DNA of 64,000 nt from Candidatus Thorarchaeota archaeon (GTDB lineage: Archaea; Asgardarchaeota; Thorarchaeia; Thorarchaeales; Thorarchaeaceae), in contig RDNZ01000009.1 in NCBI GenBank assembly GCA_011364905.1, positions 1 through 64,000 of the forward strand, given 5' to 3'. The notes beneath the pieces were generated by a model. It had not been told where the DNA came from and did no database searches. It saw only the letters and a program-made list of their open reading frames with translations. Each line of letters opens with the position of its first letter. The stretch's first letter is position 1. Made by a program: the position numbers and the translations under genes. Positions 9,823 to 19,355 of this stretch are shown piece by piece.

Positions 9823-11383
9823 AGGTACACACGTTTTCTTCTGTACTTTCATTTCTTTCGCACTTGACGCTTGCTCCATATCGATTCATCAGGAGCTTAA
9901 TTGTAAACAAATCTAGGTCAAGAGCTACCTGTCCATGAAGCTCTTTGCTTTCTATGTATTTGCGTAGTTCCATAGGTATGGGTTTACCTCTACAAACTAT
10001 CTTGAAACTTCTTGGCTGGCCAGTCTGCCCAATGCTGATTTTAATAGACGGCTGTTCATCTATTCTGTTCTTCACATGAAATGCTATGGCGCTATGAAAT
10101 GCCAAGGGAAGAAGGTTGTCGCCTTTGACAGTCAATGGGTCTCGATGAATGAACTCTGCCACAAAAGCATTCTTTCCAAGCAGGTCCTTAGCCGTATTTA
10201 TTGCCTCATCAAAAGACTCCGGAAGGTTAACTGGCCACAAAACCTGTTCTTGATTCTCCTTAATCCGTGAAAGCTGCATGACCTGTTGATTCAACATTGC
10301 TGCTTCTCTACTGAGGTCACTAGCAGCAGCTCGAGAGTTAGTGTCATCTTCGCTATTCCGAGCTGCCATCTCCAGAATATCGAGGTACGTCACCATTCCC
10401 TGCAGGAGATTTCCCATCTTGTGAGTCCACATGTTGAGATAGAATTTGCTCTCCTGGTTTGAAAGACTGAGTTCGCGGGTTCGCTGTTCTATCATGCTCT
10501 CAAGAAACCTATGAGGCTCTAGGATTGAAGTAATAAACTGTACAGCACCAATTAGAAGAAAGCCGGAAATGATCGATCCCATCCAGAGAAGTTCAGCGAC
10601 CTGAAGAGCGTTCCAAAGGACTATGATAAAGCCCGTCCCCATAGTCCAAATAGCGAGTGCAAGCAGAAGTGTCAAGTCGAATACATTCCTTGTCTTCCAC
10701 CATTTGTACATGAATCGAAGGAGCGCGATAATCTGTGCAGCCAAGTAGCCTAGAGAAATAATAGCTCCGACTAGAGTTAGGTCTCCGACACCGCCTTCTC
10801 CTACCACCATTAAGAATACTGGACTGGGACTCAGGAGGAACCATGTGCATATGAGGGGCATTATGATTGCTCCCCATACAACAAGAACATACTTGACTGA
10901 TCTTCTAGGTTTTGCCTCTCCTGCAAATGATCCAATGAGAATACTCGGAACCACCGCCAAAACAAGAGCCATTCCAAATGTCCTGTTTCTGTCCCTATCA
11001 GAAAAGCCGGGAGCCCATAACTGAGATGATGGGTGTGTAATTAGAAACAAGAAAGACCAAATCACAATGTCGACTCCCAATAGAATGAGCATGAGATGTC
11101 TTACCTCGCGGCTCTGAACAAACGCGACAAACGAGTATGTAGAAACAGCCATAGCCGACACAGCTAAGCCAATGGAGAGGATTGTCATCCAAAATGAGAA
11201 GGTTGTTTCGCCGATAATCACCCATGCTGAACCACCAAATGCAGCGTAGCAGAATACAGCAGTAAGAGCGATGAACATGAATACCACTGTGAACTTTACC
11301 CACTTCTGGCCTTCATCATTCATCATCCTAACACAATCTCGCACGTTCAGCTCACAGTTGGTTCCAAAATCTATGATATTCAA
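9803..11383 (-). CDS. Membrane sensor with degenerate histidine-kinase (HisKA/HATPase-like) module
   Basis: About 8 TMs, S-helix-like IEQRTRELS, H-box-like WTHKMGNLLQ, degenerate N/G1/G2 boxes. Confidence 0.65.
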   Translation of the reverse strand: MNIIDFGTNCELNVRDCVRMMNDEGQKWVKFTVVFMFIALTAVFCYAAFGGSAWVIIGETTFSFWMTILSIGLAVSAMAVSTYSFVAFVQSREVRHLMLILLGVDIVIWSFLFLITHPSSQLWAPGFSDRDRNRTFGMALVLAVVPSILIGSFAGEAKPRRSVKYVLVVWGAIIMPLICTWFLLSPSPVFLMVVGEGGVGDLTLVGAIISLGYLAAQIIALLRFMYKWWKTRNVFDLTLLLALAIWTMGTGFIIVLWNALQVAELLWMGSIISGFLLIGAVQFITSILEPHRFLESMIEQRTRELSLSNQESKFYLNMWTHKMGNLLQGMVTYLDILEMAARNSEDDTNSRAAASDLSREAAMLNQQVMQLSRIKENQEQVLWPVNLPESFDEAINTAKDLLGKNAFVAEFIHRDPLTVKGDNLLPLAFHSAIAFHVKNRIDEQPSIKISIGQTGQPRSFKIVCRGKPIPMELRKYIESKELHGQVALDLDLFTIKLLMNRYGASVKCERNESTEENVCTFTFPDD

Positions 11384-11460
11384 ATGCGATAAATTTTCCT
11401 CTTACTAACAATACTGAATATCAGTAATACTTATATGCTATTAATTCATAATACTTATTG

Positions 11461-11590
11461 GACAGGGGGTCCGAATCGCGACCATCATGAATACTGTCAC
11501 TCCCTCCCTCTCTCAAAACGTCCGACCCGACTGGCGAACAACTCGCTTGTTTTTACGGGCCCCCTCCTCCTCACCTTCTTCTCTTTTATT
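11461..11590 (+). ncRNA. Candidate structured small RNA, copy C
   Basis: agggggtccg (11464-73) pairs with cgggccccct (11556-65); loop ctccctccctc; cttatatg about 28 nt upstream; T-rich tail; lies between divergent genes. Confidence 0.35.
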
Positions 11591-11721
11591 GTTTTGAAGA
11601 CCGTTCGTGTCATTCATAATTCTTCTTCAGTTTCACGTTGATTCACAACATTAATGCCTTCAATGGATTTTCATACAACTCTCACTCAGCCAGAAGGTTT
11701 TAATGGAGTTCGCAGGGAGCC

Positions 11722-12213
11722 ATGGCAAGGCGAGCGACATTGTCCGTAGCAAAGAGAGCTGTTGACAGCACATTACGACGAATCCTGAACTATACGGCGG
11801 AGATTATTATGTCCATCATTCTGCTGGTGATTATATGCATCCCCTTAGTATTCGTTATTCCAATGTGGTTCGAAACCATTGTTCTTGGTGCTCCAAGAGC
11901 TGATCTTGCTTTGGACCCTGTGCATTGGTTTGGTTTCGATGGCGCCAGTTGGCTCACATTTGCCCTCTTTCTGGTGAGCTTAGGAATCGGTTATTTCTAT
12001 ATACTCAAACTAAAACCTGGAGTAGTTTCAGAAGAAACGGAGGAAGAAATCGAACCCGACGAGGATGAGGAAGTGGAAGAAGAACTTGCTGAAGAGATTG
12101 TCGAAGCTCTTGAGGAAGGGCATGAGGAATCTGTTGAAGAACTCACTGATGACCTATTAGACGAAGAAACCTCCGATGACGAAACCGAAGAGGATGACGA
12201 GGCAGACGAGTGA
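11722..12213 (+). CDS. Hypothetical 2-TM protein with long acidic tail
   Basis: Two TMs, then a D/E-rich C-terminus. Confidence 0.7.
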   Translation: MARRATLSVAKRAVDSTLRRILNYTAEIIMSIILLVIICIPLVFVIPMWFETIVLGAPRADLALDPVHWFGFDGASWLTFALFLVSLGIGYFYILKLKPGVVSEETEEEIEPDEDEEVEEELAEEIVEALEEGHEESVEELTDDLLDEETSDDETEEDDEADE

Positions 12214-12237
12214 TAGTGTTGCCTTGCCAGAGTTAAC

Positions 12238-13047
12238 TCATGCTAGTTTTGTCTTTTTAGCCAGTTTGTCAACAAGGGCGGAGAAAGCAACAGATGCTTT
12301 CGATTCTGGATCATTAATGACAAATGGAGTTCCCTCGTCACTTAGCGTAATTATTCGTGGATCAAGCGGCAGAGTTCCGAGGTGATCTACACCGTATTCA
12401 TCAGCTGCTTTTTTGGCATTTCCCTCTCCAAAAATCTTGTACGCCTCGCCGCAGTTCGGACATACAAACTCCGACATATTCTCAACTATTCCGAGAACAG
12501 GTACACTCATTTTTTCTACGAGTTGGATTGCTCGTCTTGCATCTAATACGGCAACATCTTGGGGAGTTGAAACAATCACTACTCCATCGATTTCTGGGAT
12601 TGATTGTAAAATGCTCAAGATTTCATCCCCAGTTCCGGGAGGCAGGTCTACAACCAACATATCAAGCTCACCCCAACGAACATTCGCTAGGAACTGCGTG
12701 ATTGCACGTGCGACCAAGGGGCCTCGCCAAGCAACTGCGTCATCCCCTTTTCTAAGAAGAAAACCCATACTCATAACCTTGATATCTTGAGGTCCATTAA
12801 TGGGCAGGATGAATGCACCATCTACATCTGGGTGTTGACCCTCTAGCCCCAACATGAGAGGTACATTGGGCCCGTATATGTCCACATCTAGAATCCCTGA
12901 AGAAAAACCCCTCATTGCAAAGGACACAGCTAGATTTGTGGCAACGGTTGTCTTTCCAACACCTCCTTTGCCAGATAGAACCACAATCTTGTGTTTAATG
13001 CCTTTCATATTCGCAGCAATCTCATTAGATATTGGAGGTTTTGACAT
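12238..13047 (-). CDS. apbC: Mrp/NBP35 (ApbC) Fe-S cluster carrier ATPase
   Basis: SGKGGVGKTT, DVDIYGPN, WRGP, DLPPGTGD, ENMS.F.CP.C. Confidence 0.95.
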   Translation of the reverse strand: MSKPPISNEIAANMKGIKHKIVVLSGKGGVGKTTVATNLAVSFAMRGFSSGILDVDIYGPNVPLMLGLEGQHPDVDGAFILPINGPQDIKVMSMGFLLRKGDDAVAWRGPLVARAITQFLANVRWGELDMLVVDLPPGTGDEILSILQSIPEIDGVVIVSTPQDVAVLDARRAIQLVEKMSVPVLGIVENMSEFVCPNCGEAYKIFGEGNAKKAADEYGVDHLGTLPLDPRIITLSDEGTPFVINDPESKASVAFSALVDKLAKKTKLA

Positions 13048-13106
13048 TGTTATCTGTGGCGTTGCATAGTAATATTTCTAATAAACAGTAGCATATGTGA
13101 GAATTG

Positions 13107-13919
13107 TTAGCTTTCATCAAATTTAGCTAAGATTGCTCTAGCAAGTAATTCATTGGATGCCGCAACGAAATTCATCATTTTGTCAGGCTCAAGTGAACTT
13201 TGGAAACGGTTACCATCTTTGTCAAGTACAAATCCTCCAGCTTCGAAAACCATGTGTGTCCCGCTTAGGTGTATGATTGGTAACATATTTCTTAGATCGA
13301 CCATTGCATCAAGAAACCCTGCAGCGGTCCAACAAAGGTCTAACAGATTGCTTGCACTTCTTCTCGTATCATGAACCGCCGCTATAGTTCCTAAAGATTT
13401 TCGAATGAAGTCCGGGTCCCAGGTCTTCTTCGTGTCATATGATATTATGGCGTCTTTGAGATCTATCGGGGACGAAGGATTCACCTCTCTCCCATTTCTT
13501 GTTACGCCTTTTCCGGAAACTGCAACGTATGTTTCATCAGTAAACACAGACTCAATGACACTGATCTCAGCATCATCAGTAGTCATCTTTTCCTTGTAAG
13601 GAACAATGGAAATTCCAATTGCAACAAGAGGTATACCTCGTTCAAGATTCGCTGATCCATCAATGGGATCGACTAGAGCTAAGTACTCAGGTGATTTGGC
13701 ATTCTTGATGAACCCCTTCTCTTCTGTCAGAATTTCGAACCTTGTATCCGAACTCGAAAGCACACTGATTATTGTATCCTCAGCCTTGGCATCCAAAAGC
13801 AGCGTTTCGTCTCCAAAGGGATTCAAATCACCTGTATGCTCCTTCGCAACATCAAGGTTTTCAAGAATGATTGCTTTTGCACTGATGATTGCATCCTGCA
13901 GTAGCTTGAGCAGTGTCAT
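13107..13919 (-). CDS. Inositol monophosphatase / fructose-1,6-bisphosphatase family protein
   Basis: GDET..LD..AE, LTEE, VDPIDGS.N motifs. Confidence 0.85.
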   Translation of the reverse strand: MTLLKLLQDAIISAKAIILENLDVAKEHTGDLNPFGDETLLLDAKAEDTIISVLSSSDTRFEILTEEKGFIKNAKSPEYLALVDPIDGSANLERGIPLVAIGISIVPYKEKMTTDDAEISVIESVFTDETYVAVSGKGVTRNGREVNPSSPIDLKDAIISYDTKKTWDPDFIRKSLGTIAAVHDTRRSASNLLDLCWTAAGFLDAMVDLRNMLPIIHLSGTHMVFEAGGFVLDKDGNRFQSSLEPDKMMNFVAASNELLARAILAKFDES

Positions 13920-14036
13920 ATTAGCATCAATATGGTGGTATTTGATATCTCTATATCACTTGTTGGGTAGTGATTACAATACCTTAAATGCGTCAAGACA
14001 TGAAATAGAACCGTAAGGCCAAACTAGGTGGAATCA

Positions 14037-14702
14037 ATGGGCTTTCTGAGTGGAAAGAAAAAAGTCGATGCAGAACGCGGAATTCTTGAAATGAAAGGCA
14101 CTATGAATGCCTTGACACTAAGGATTCGCAGCCTTGAAACTAGAATGGTTGAGGAGCAAAAGTCTGCAAAGGAGGCAATGTCCAAAGGGAGTCGTTCTGT
14201 GGCACGGTCCCACCTTGGTATTGTTGTAGACCTTGAGAATCGAAAGTCTCGATATCAGCAACAGTTCCTTACTCTAGAAACCGCGCTCCTTAATCTAGAA
14301 GAAGCCAAAACTCAGTCTGAAGTTTTACGTGCCTTCACTATCGCGAACGATGCACTAACTGAAGCACGTTCAATGCTGCGGCCAGAAGAGATTCAGACTC
14401 AACTGGACAAGCTGTCTGAATCATTCGAGCATATTTCCATCGCAGGCGAACTGCTATCCGAAGACTTGTCTGGATCCGACTCCACAGTCGAGGATGAAGA
14501 ACGGATTGACCGTCAGCTTCAGGCTATGGAGGCCGAGGTCCTGCTCGAAAAAGAAGGGGTTTTGCCTCCATTAGAGCGCGAGGGAACACTTCCTGCGAAG
14601 ACTGGCAAAAGTGAGAGTTCAGATGAAAAACGAATTGATGAGCTACTTGCGGACCTTGAGAAAGAAGCCCAAGAGGAGAGAGCTCGAGAGAAAGAGAGCT
14701 AA
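14037..14702 (+). CDS. Snf7-family (ESCRT-III, Vps20/32/60-like) protein
   Basis: MGF..GKKK N-terminus, long helical hairpin (A..AM.KG.R..AR..L; LE....NLE.A....EVL.A), acidic C-terminal half; SD aggtg before ATG 14037. Confidence 0.8.
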   Translation: MGFLSGKKKVDAERGILEMKGTMNALTLRIRSLETRMVEEQKSAKEAMSKGSRSVARSHLGIVVDLENRKSRYQQQFLTLETALLNLEEAKTQSEVLRAFTIANDALTEARSMLRPEEIQTQLDKLSESFEHISIAGELLSEDLSGSDSTVEDEERIDRQLQAMEAEVLLEKEGVLPPLEREGTLPAKTGKSESSDEKRIDELLADLEKEAQEERAREKES

Positions 14703-14735
14703 CACGTGATTCGTTTGATTGGTTTTCAGGTGTAG

Positions 14736-15389
14736 TTGAGATTGAGCATAGAACTAGTTGTTTTCGATGTAGATGGAACCCTAACAAAACACAGTAGTGT
14801 CTGGTGGCGACTTCATGAGCATTTTGGCACAACAGACGAGGGACGGAAATATTACAACCAGTATTTCGGCGGAGAAATCACATATGAAGAATGGGCTGAT
14901 CTTGATGCTGCCTTGTGGAAAGGAGAATCCCTTGAGGAAGTCCTGAAGGTGGTGCAATCCACTCAGCTTGCATCCGGAGCTCAAGAAACAATTCGTACTC
15001 TAAAAGGATGTAAACTGAAAACTGCTATTCTGTCTGGTGGCTTAGACATAATGGCTAATGACATTGGTCAAAGAGTTGGCATCGACTATGTGCTGACTAA
15101 CAAGCTTCATCACCGAGATGGGCTTTTAACCGGAGAAGTGGATAACCTCGTGGCATGGGGCGAAAAATACAAAGTGATTCCGAACATCAATGCTCATTTT
15201 GGGATTCCTCCAAAAAACACAGCCTTTGTTGGTGATGGTAGGAATGACATGAGTGTCTTCAAAGTTGTTGGTCTTTCGATTGCTTACAATCCTGAGGATG
15301 CCGAAGTTGCCAACTCTGCTGACGTTGTGATCCGGAAAGATGACCTAAGGGCTATCCTGCCTTATATCATACCGGATTTCCGACAATGA
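14736..15389 (+). CDS. serB: Phosphoserine phosphatase (HAD-IB)
   Basis: FDVDGTL, LSGG, GDGRND motifs. Confidence 0.8.
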   Translation: MRLSIELVVFDVDGTLTKHSSVWWRLHEHFGTTDEGRKYYNQYFGGEITYEEWADLDAALWKGESLEEVLKVVQSTQLASGAQETIRTLKGCKLKTAILSGGLDIMANDIGQRVGIDYVLTNKLHHRDGLLTGEVDNLVAWGEKYKVIPNINAHFGIPPKNTAFVGDGRNDMSVFKVVGLSIAYNPEDAEVANSADVVIRKDDLRAILPYIIPDFRQ

Positions 15390-15446
15390 GAAGCACAAAA
15401 ACATAGGCTTGAAGCAAGATAGTCATGGCGGTTTTCTGCGCACTAT

Positions 15447-16613
15447 TCATTTGAGGTTGGTATACCTTGCTCCGCTTCCAGTATTAAGGAAGACCACATC
15501 TTCATTGAAATCAATTCTACCAGCTTCAATCAAATTACGTAACCCACAGATGCCTACCGCAGCCTCTGGGCATATGTCTAAACCTTCTAGTTTGGCAACC
15601 ATCCTTCTGGTTGGCTCAATTTCCTGGTCTGCCACAGCGACTGCGCTTCCCCCTGAATTCCTAATTGCTTGAAGGATTAATCTGCCAGCAAACGGATTGG
15701 GTACTCTTAATCCCAATGCCTCAGTTTCTCCATTCACCCACTCCTCGATATCATCATCACCTCTTTCAATGGCTCTCACTATTGGTGCGCAACCTCCGCT
15801 CTGTGCGGCATACATTCGTGGACGCTCGGAACCAATGAGTCCAATGGTTTCAAGTTCATCGAAAGCTTTCCAAATCCCGATGATTGCAGTTCCTCCTCCC
15901 GTTGGGCAGATTATTGCGTCAGGAACCGACCACCCCATCTGTTCACAGATCTCAAATCCCAGTGTCTTTTTTCCCTCAACTCGATAGGGTTCCTTCGTGG
16001 TTGAAAGATCCGTCCAATTTTCATTTTGATCTCTCATTACTTTGCCCGCATCTGAAATTGTGCCTTTCACACGAGTTGTGATCGCACCAAACAGCTCACA
16101 TAGTTGAAAGAATGATTCAGGCGTATCTTCCGGCATGAAGATGTGAGCTTTCAAGGCTGCAGCAGCTGCATATGCACATGTGGATACCGCCGCATTCCCA
16201 GCTGAGGGGAGGGCAAACTCTTCTGCTCCTAACTCCATATGTCGAGAAACAGTCGCACAGAGACCTCTGTCCTTGAAACTTGAGGTTGGATTTTGAGACT
16301 CGTCTTTGATTCGGAGTATTTGAAGACCAATGTGTTTCCCTAACCGTCTAGAGAGTAATAGTGGTGTCCATCCCTCACCAAGGCTTACTATGCACGAAGG
16401 TGACTTCACGGGGAGAAGTTGTGAGTACCTCCACATCGAATTCACATCTGAGGGAAACTCGTTGTTTGCCAGAGCTTCTCTGACGCCTATCAGGTCATAA
16501 ACGGCAAACAAGGGCGAACCGCAAACACAATATGTTGCCATTGAGTCAGCTGAGTGCTTTCTCCTACACTGCGGACATTCGAGATGTGAGATGTGTGACA
16601 TCAAAATAATCAC
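15447..16613 (-). CDS. thrC: Threonine synthase (PLP-dependent, N-terminal Zn ribbon)
   Basis: SLGEGWTPL, NPTSSFKDRG, SAGNA, EGKKT, PTGGG, NTGSG. Confidence 0.88.
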   Translation of the reverse strand: MIILMSHISHLECPQCRRKHSADSMATYCVCGSPLFAVYDLIGVREALANNEFPSDVNSMWRYSQLLPVKSPSCIVSLGEGWTPLLLSRRLGKHIGLQILRIKDESQNPTSSFKDRGLCATVSRHMELGAEEFALPSAGNAAVSTCAYAAAAALKAHIFMPEDTPESFFQLCELFGAITTRVKGTISDAGKVMRDQNENWTDLSTTKEPYRVEGKKTLGFEICEQMGWSVPDAIICPTGGGTAIIGIWKAFDELETIGLIGSERPRMYAAQSGGCAPIVRAIERGDDDIEEWVNGETEALGLRVPNPFAGRLILQAIRNSGGSAVAVADQEIEPTRRMVAKLEGLDICPEAAVGICGLRNLIEAGRIDFNEDVVFLNTGSGARYTNLK

Positions 16614-16689
16614 GACATTTACATGAACACTTAGCCTTATTTGTAACTGTCACTTTGGTTTTTCGGAAATACCGAAGATTGGGATACTT

Positions 16690-17880
16690 ATGGGCGAGCT
16701 AAAACGAAAGACCTTACCGTTCACATCACTAGTAGGTTTGGAACGACTTAAGCTGGCTCTAATCCTAAACGGCATAAACCCACAGATTGGTGGAGTGCTC
16801 ATCTCAGGGCCAAAAGGAACTGGCAAGACCACTGTGGTTCGAGCACTGGCTGATTTGCTTCCTGAGGTGGAGGCCGTTGTGGGATGTAGATTTGGATGCA
16901 ATCCCAATAATCATGATTTTCTGTGTGCTGATTGTAGATCCACAATTGAATCGGGAAAGAAACTCAAGTCTGAGTCTAGAAAGATGCGTGTCATCAATCT
17001 CCCGCTCTCTACTACAGAAGATCGTTTGATTGGGGCTCTAGACATAGAACGCGTCTTACAAGAAGGAATTCAAGCACTTCGACCAGGAATACTTGCAGAA
17101 GCCAATCAAAATGTTCTCTATGTTGATGAGGTGAATCTATTACCTGACCATTTAGTTGACGATCTCTTAGATGCGGCAGCAACAAAGATCAATGTGATTG
17201 AACGTGAGGGAATATCGGTTTCTCATCCCTCCGATTTTGTTCTAATTGGAACAATGAATCCTGAGGAAGGAGAACTAAGACCGCAGCTCCTAGATCGATT
17301 TCCTCTTCATGTTGCAGTTAGTGGTCATCACTCGATTGATGATAGAATGCAACTCGTAAGGCGAAACCTCGCCTTTGAAGAAGACCCTGACAAATTCAGA
17401 GCTACCTGGGAGGAAAAACAGGTCGAGCTTCGTAATCAGATAATTCAAGCGAAAGAACTGCTGAGGGATGTGGTCCTTCCTGACTCTCATCTCAGAGCTA
17501 TTGCAATGGCTTGCGACGCTCTTGAAGTCGATGGTGTTCGACCTGACATCATCATCAGCAAGGCTGCAATCACTAATGCCGCTTTGGAAGGAAGAACAGA
17601 GGTTTCGCTAGAAGATATGAAAGTCGCCTCGCAACTTGTACTCAGTCATAGAACACGTCGAGGCGGACTATTGGAACCGCCTCTTCCAGATGATGTGGAC
17701 AAAGCCATTACAAAAGCAGCTGAGGTTGCTCAGAGAACAGAACGCCGGAAATCCCCCACAGAGGTTCCGGAGGAAGACGATAAGTCCGGACCAAGATTGA
17801 GCGGCGGAGGTTTTGGTAGAGGAAATAGGTTTGCCACATCTGGCAGACAGGACGGCAAAAAAAAACTCCGAAAGGAGTAA
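16690..17880 (+). CDS. ChlI/BchI-type chelatase AAA+ ATPase (5' part of a probable frameshifted chlD-like gene)
   Basis: [41 protein letters not shown]. Confidence 0.92.
   Translation: MGELKRKTLPFTSLVGLERLKLALILNGINPQIGGVLISGPKGTGKTTVVRALADLLPEVEAVVGCRFGCNPNNHDFLCADCRSTIESGKKLKSESRKMRVINLPLSTTEDRLIGALDIERVLQEGIQALRPGILAEANQNVLYVDEVNLLPDHLVDDLLDAAATKINVIEREGISVSHPSDFVLIGTMNPEEGELRPQLLDRFPLHVAVSGHHSIDDRMQLVRRNLAFEEDPDKFRATWEEKQVELRNQIIQAKELLRDVVLPDSHLRAIAMACDALEVDGVRPDIIISKAAITNAALEGRTEVSLEDMKVASQLVLSHRTRRGGLLEPPLPDDVDKAITKAAEVAQRTERRKSPTEVPEEDDKSGPRLSGGGFGRGNRFATSGRQDGKKKLRKE
17857..17878 (+). promoter_or_regulatory. Putative -1 frameshift/slippage site (A9 run plus GAAA tetraloop hairpin)
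   Basis: GGC AAA AAA AAA CTC CGA AAG GAG TAA; the -1 frame is open from 17829 to 19355; actcc-gaaa-ggagt hairpin. Confidence 0.65.
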
Positions 17881-17924
17881 GAAATCCTAGGGGTGACCCA
17901 ATCAAAGGAACCATCTGCGCTATT

Positions 17925-19355
17925 ATGATGGTAGTAGTATTCATCTGGTTTGCTTGGGTTTTCGTTAGTCCCATAAATTGGCTATTTGGGACCTACTATC
18001 TTCAATTTCCAACAGCTCCAGCATTAATAATTGACACAATAGTTATTGCTCCTGCAATTTGGTTCTTAGTACGAAAGTGGCTTGAAGTTATGACGCGCAG
18101 AACCAGTGGTCCAGCGGCTGGTATCGACACAGTTGAACCGGGTGGGGGACCACCAGAGGCAGGTGATGAATGGGGTCTGGCCACAAGACCATACTCTCCT
18201 CAGACTCCTGATATGATTTCAGGTCCAAAATCGGAAATCAGGGATGCTCCATTTGGACTTGATGATGGCTTTTTTGTAAAGCTACCTGATATTGACGCAG
18301 GTGAGGAGCTTTTCGACCGCGAGAAACTGAAGACACGAGCCATGATTCGTGCCAGAGTTTCATCTGGCGGGTGGGTCAAAAAGAGAGTGAGCTCAAGAGC
18401 TGTAGGGTCTCTGAAATCCTCAGACACATTGAAACATGGCCGGCCTGTTCGTTCTAGAATTCCTAGTCGCGAAATCAGCAACATACATGTTCCGTCAACG
18501 GTGATGGCTGCAATCGCACGAACCGGCAAAACCTCCGGAGGACCGATCAAGATCATAAAGGAGGATCTCCGCGAGAGCGTGTTCACGGGAAGAACTCCTT
18601 TGACGATTATCCTTGTGATAGATGTTAGTCTCTCAATGAAGGGGAGTATGGAACAAGTGAGAGCTTTTCTTGAACGAGTAGAAAGCGAAACACGGGGATC
18701 CAAAGATCGGACGGGTATTATTGCTTTCAAAGACAGTGGAGCTGTAGAGATACAAGCTCCTACTACGAATTGGAATAAGATATATCGTGCATTAGGCCGA
18801 CTGAGGATTTCGGGGCTCACACCTCTTGCTGAGGCTTTGAAGAAATCCCTGGAAACCATTCGCAGAGAGCGGATGCGAAATAGTGAAGTGGAACCTCTTG
18901 TCATTCTCATTTCTGACTTCTCCCCGAACATTCCTCTTGCCCAATCAGCAGGTCCAGGACATGAACAGTATACTCCTGTACAGGACCTAGTCCGTGCAGC
19001 TCGGTTGGTCAGGAAAGCGAAGGTTAGATTAGCAGCAGTTAATGTTGATCCTGAACAATCAAAGTGGCCTAGATTTCTGAAACGTCCTTATCATGAAGCC
19101 TTAGAACTTGCGGCCATGTTAAGGACGAGAAAGGAAGGACTGAATGACCCAATTGAAACGATTCTAATGGTGGATGAGTTTCGAAAGACATTTGGCGCAT
19201 ATCTCATAGCCCGAGCAGCTGGTGGGCATGCCTACCTCTCTCGTGAGCTTCTAAAAGAAACATCAATACTTGGCACACTACTTTCTTCAAGTCTTTCTAG
19301 AAGTCGTTTGCGTGAAGATGAATTGCGTCAGGTTGAAGCATATCTCCCACAATAG
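17925..19355 (+). CDS. ChlD-like VWA-domain protein preceded by two TM helices (-1 frame continuation of the AAA+ gene)
   Basis: MIDAS DVSLSM, D..GII.F, GLTPLAEAL, LISD; frame open upstream to 17829 across the A9 run. Confidence 0.85.
   Translation: MMVVVFIWFAWVFVSPINWLFGTYYLQFPTAPALIIDTIVIAPAIWFLVRKWLEVMTRRTSGPAAGIDTVEPGGGPPEAGDEWGLATRPYSPQTPDMISGPKSEIRDAPFGLDDGFFVKLPDIDAGEELFDREKLKTRAMIRARVSSGGWVKKRVSSRAVGSLKSSDTLKHGRPVRSRIPSREISNIHVPSTVMAAIARTGKTSGGPIKIIKEDLRESVFTGRTPLTIILVIDVSLSMKGSMEQVRAFLERVESETRGSKDRTGIIAFKDSGAVEIQAPTTNWNKIYRALGRLRISGLTPLAEALKKSLETIRRERMRNSEVEPLVILISDFSPNIPLAQSAGPGHEQYTPVQDLVRAARLVRKAKVRLAAVNVDPEQSKWPRFLKRPYHEALELAAMLRTRKEGLNDPIETILMVDEFRKTFGAYLIARAAGGHAYLSRELLKETSILGTLLSSSLSRSRLREDELRQVEAYLPQ

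Noticed and set aside
11435-11641. 68-aa ORF (and a 36-aa alternative-frame ORF) across element C
   Set aside because: No SD or protein-like features; the similarity to copies A and B is at nucleotide and structure level, not codon level
17925-17930. ATG ATG as an independent start of the VWA gene
   Set aside because: It falls inside the first hydrophobic helix with no clear SD and the frame is open upstream through the A9 site; not excluded but disfavoured
18200-18931. 243-aa antisense ORF, and other shadow ORFs in the track (e.g. 27247-27759, 51669-52199, 58506-59099)
   Set aside because: They overlap well-supported genes on the opposite strand or frame and have no motifs
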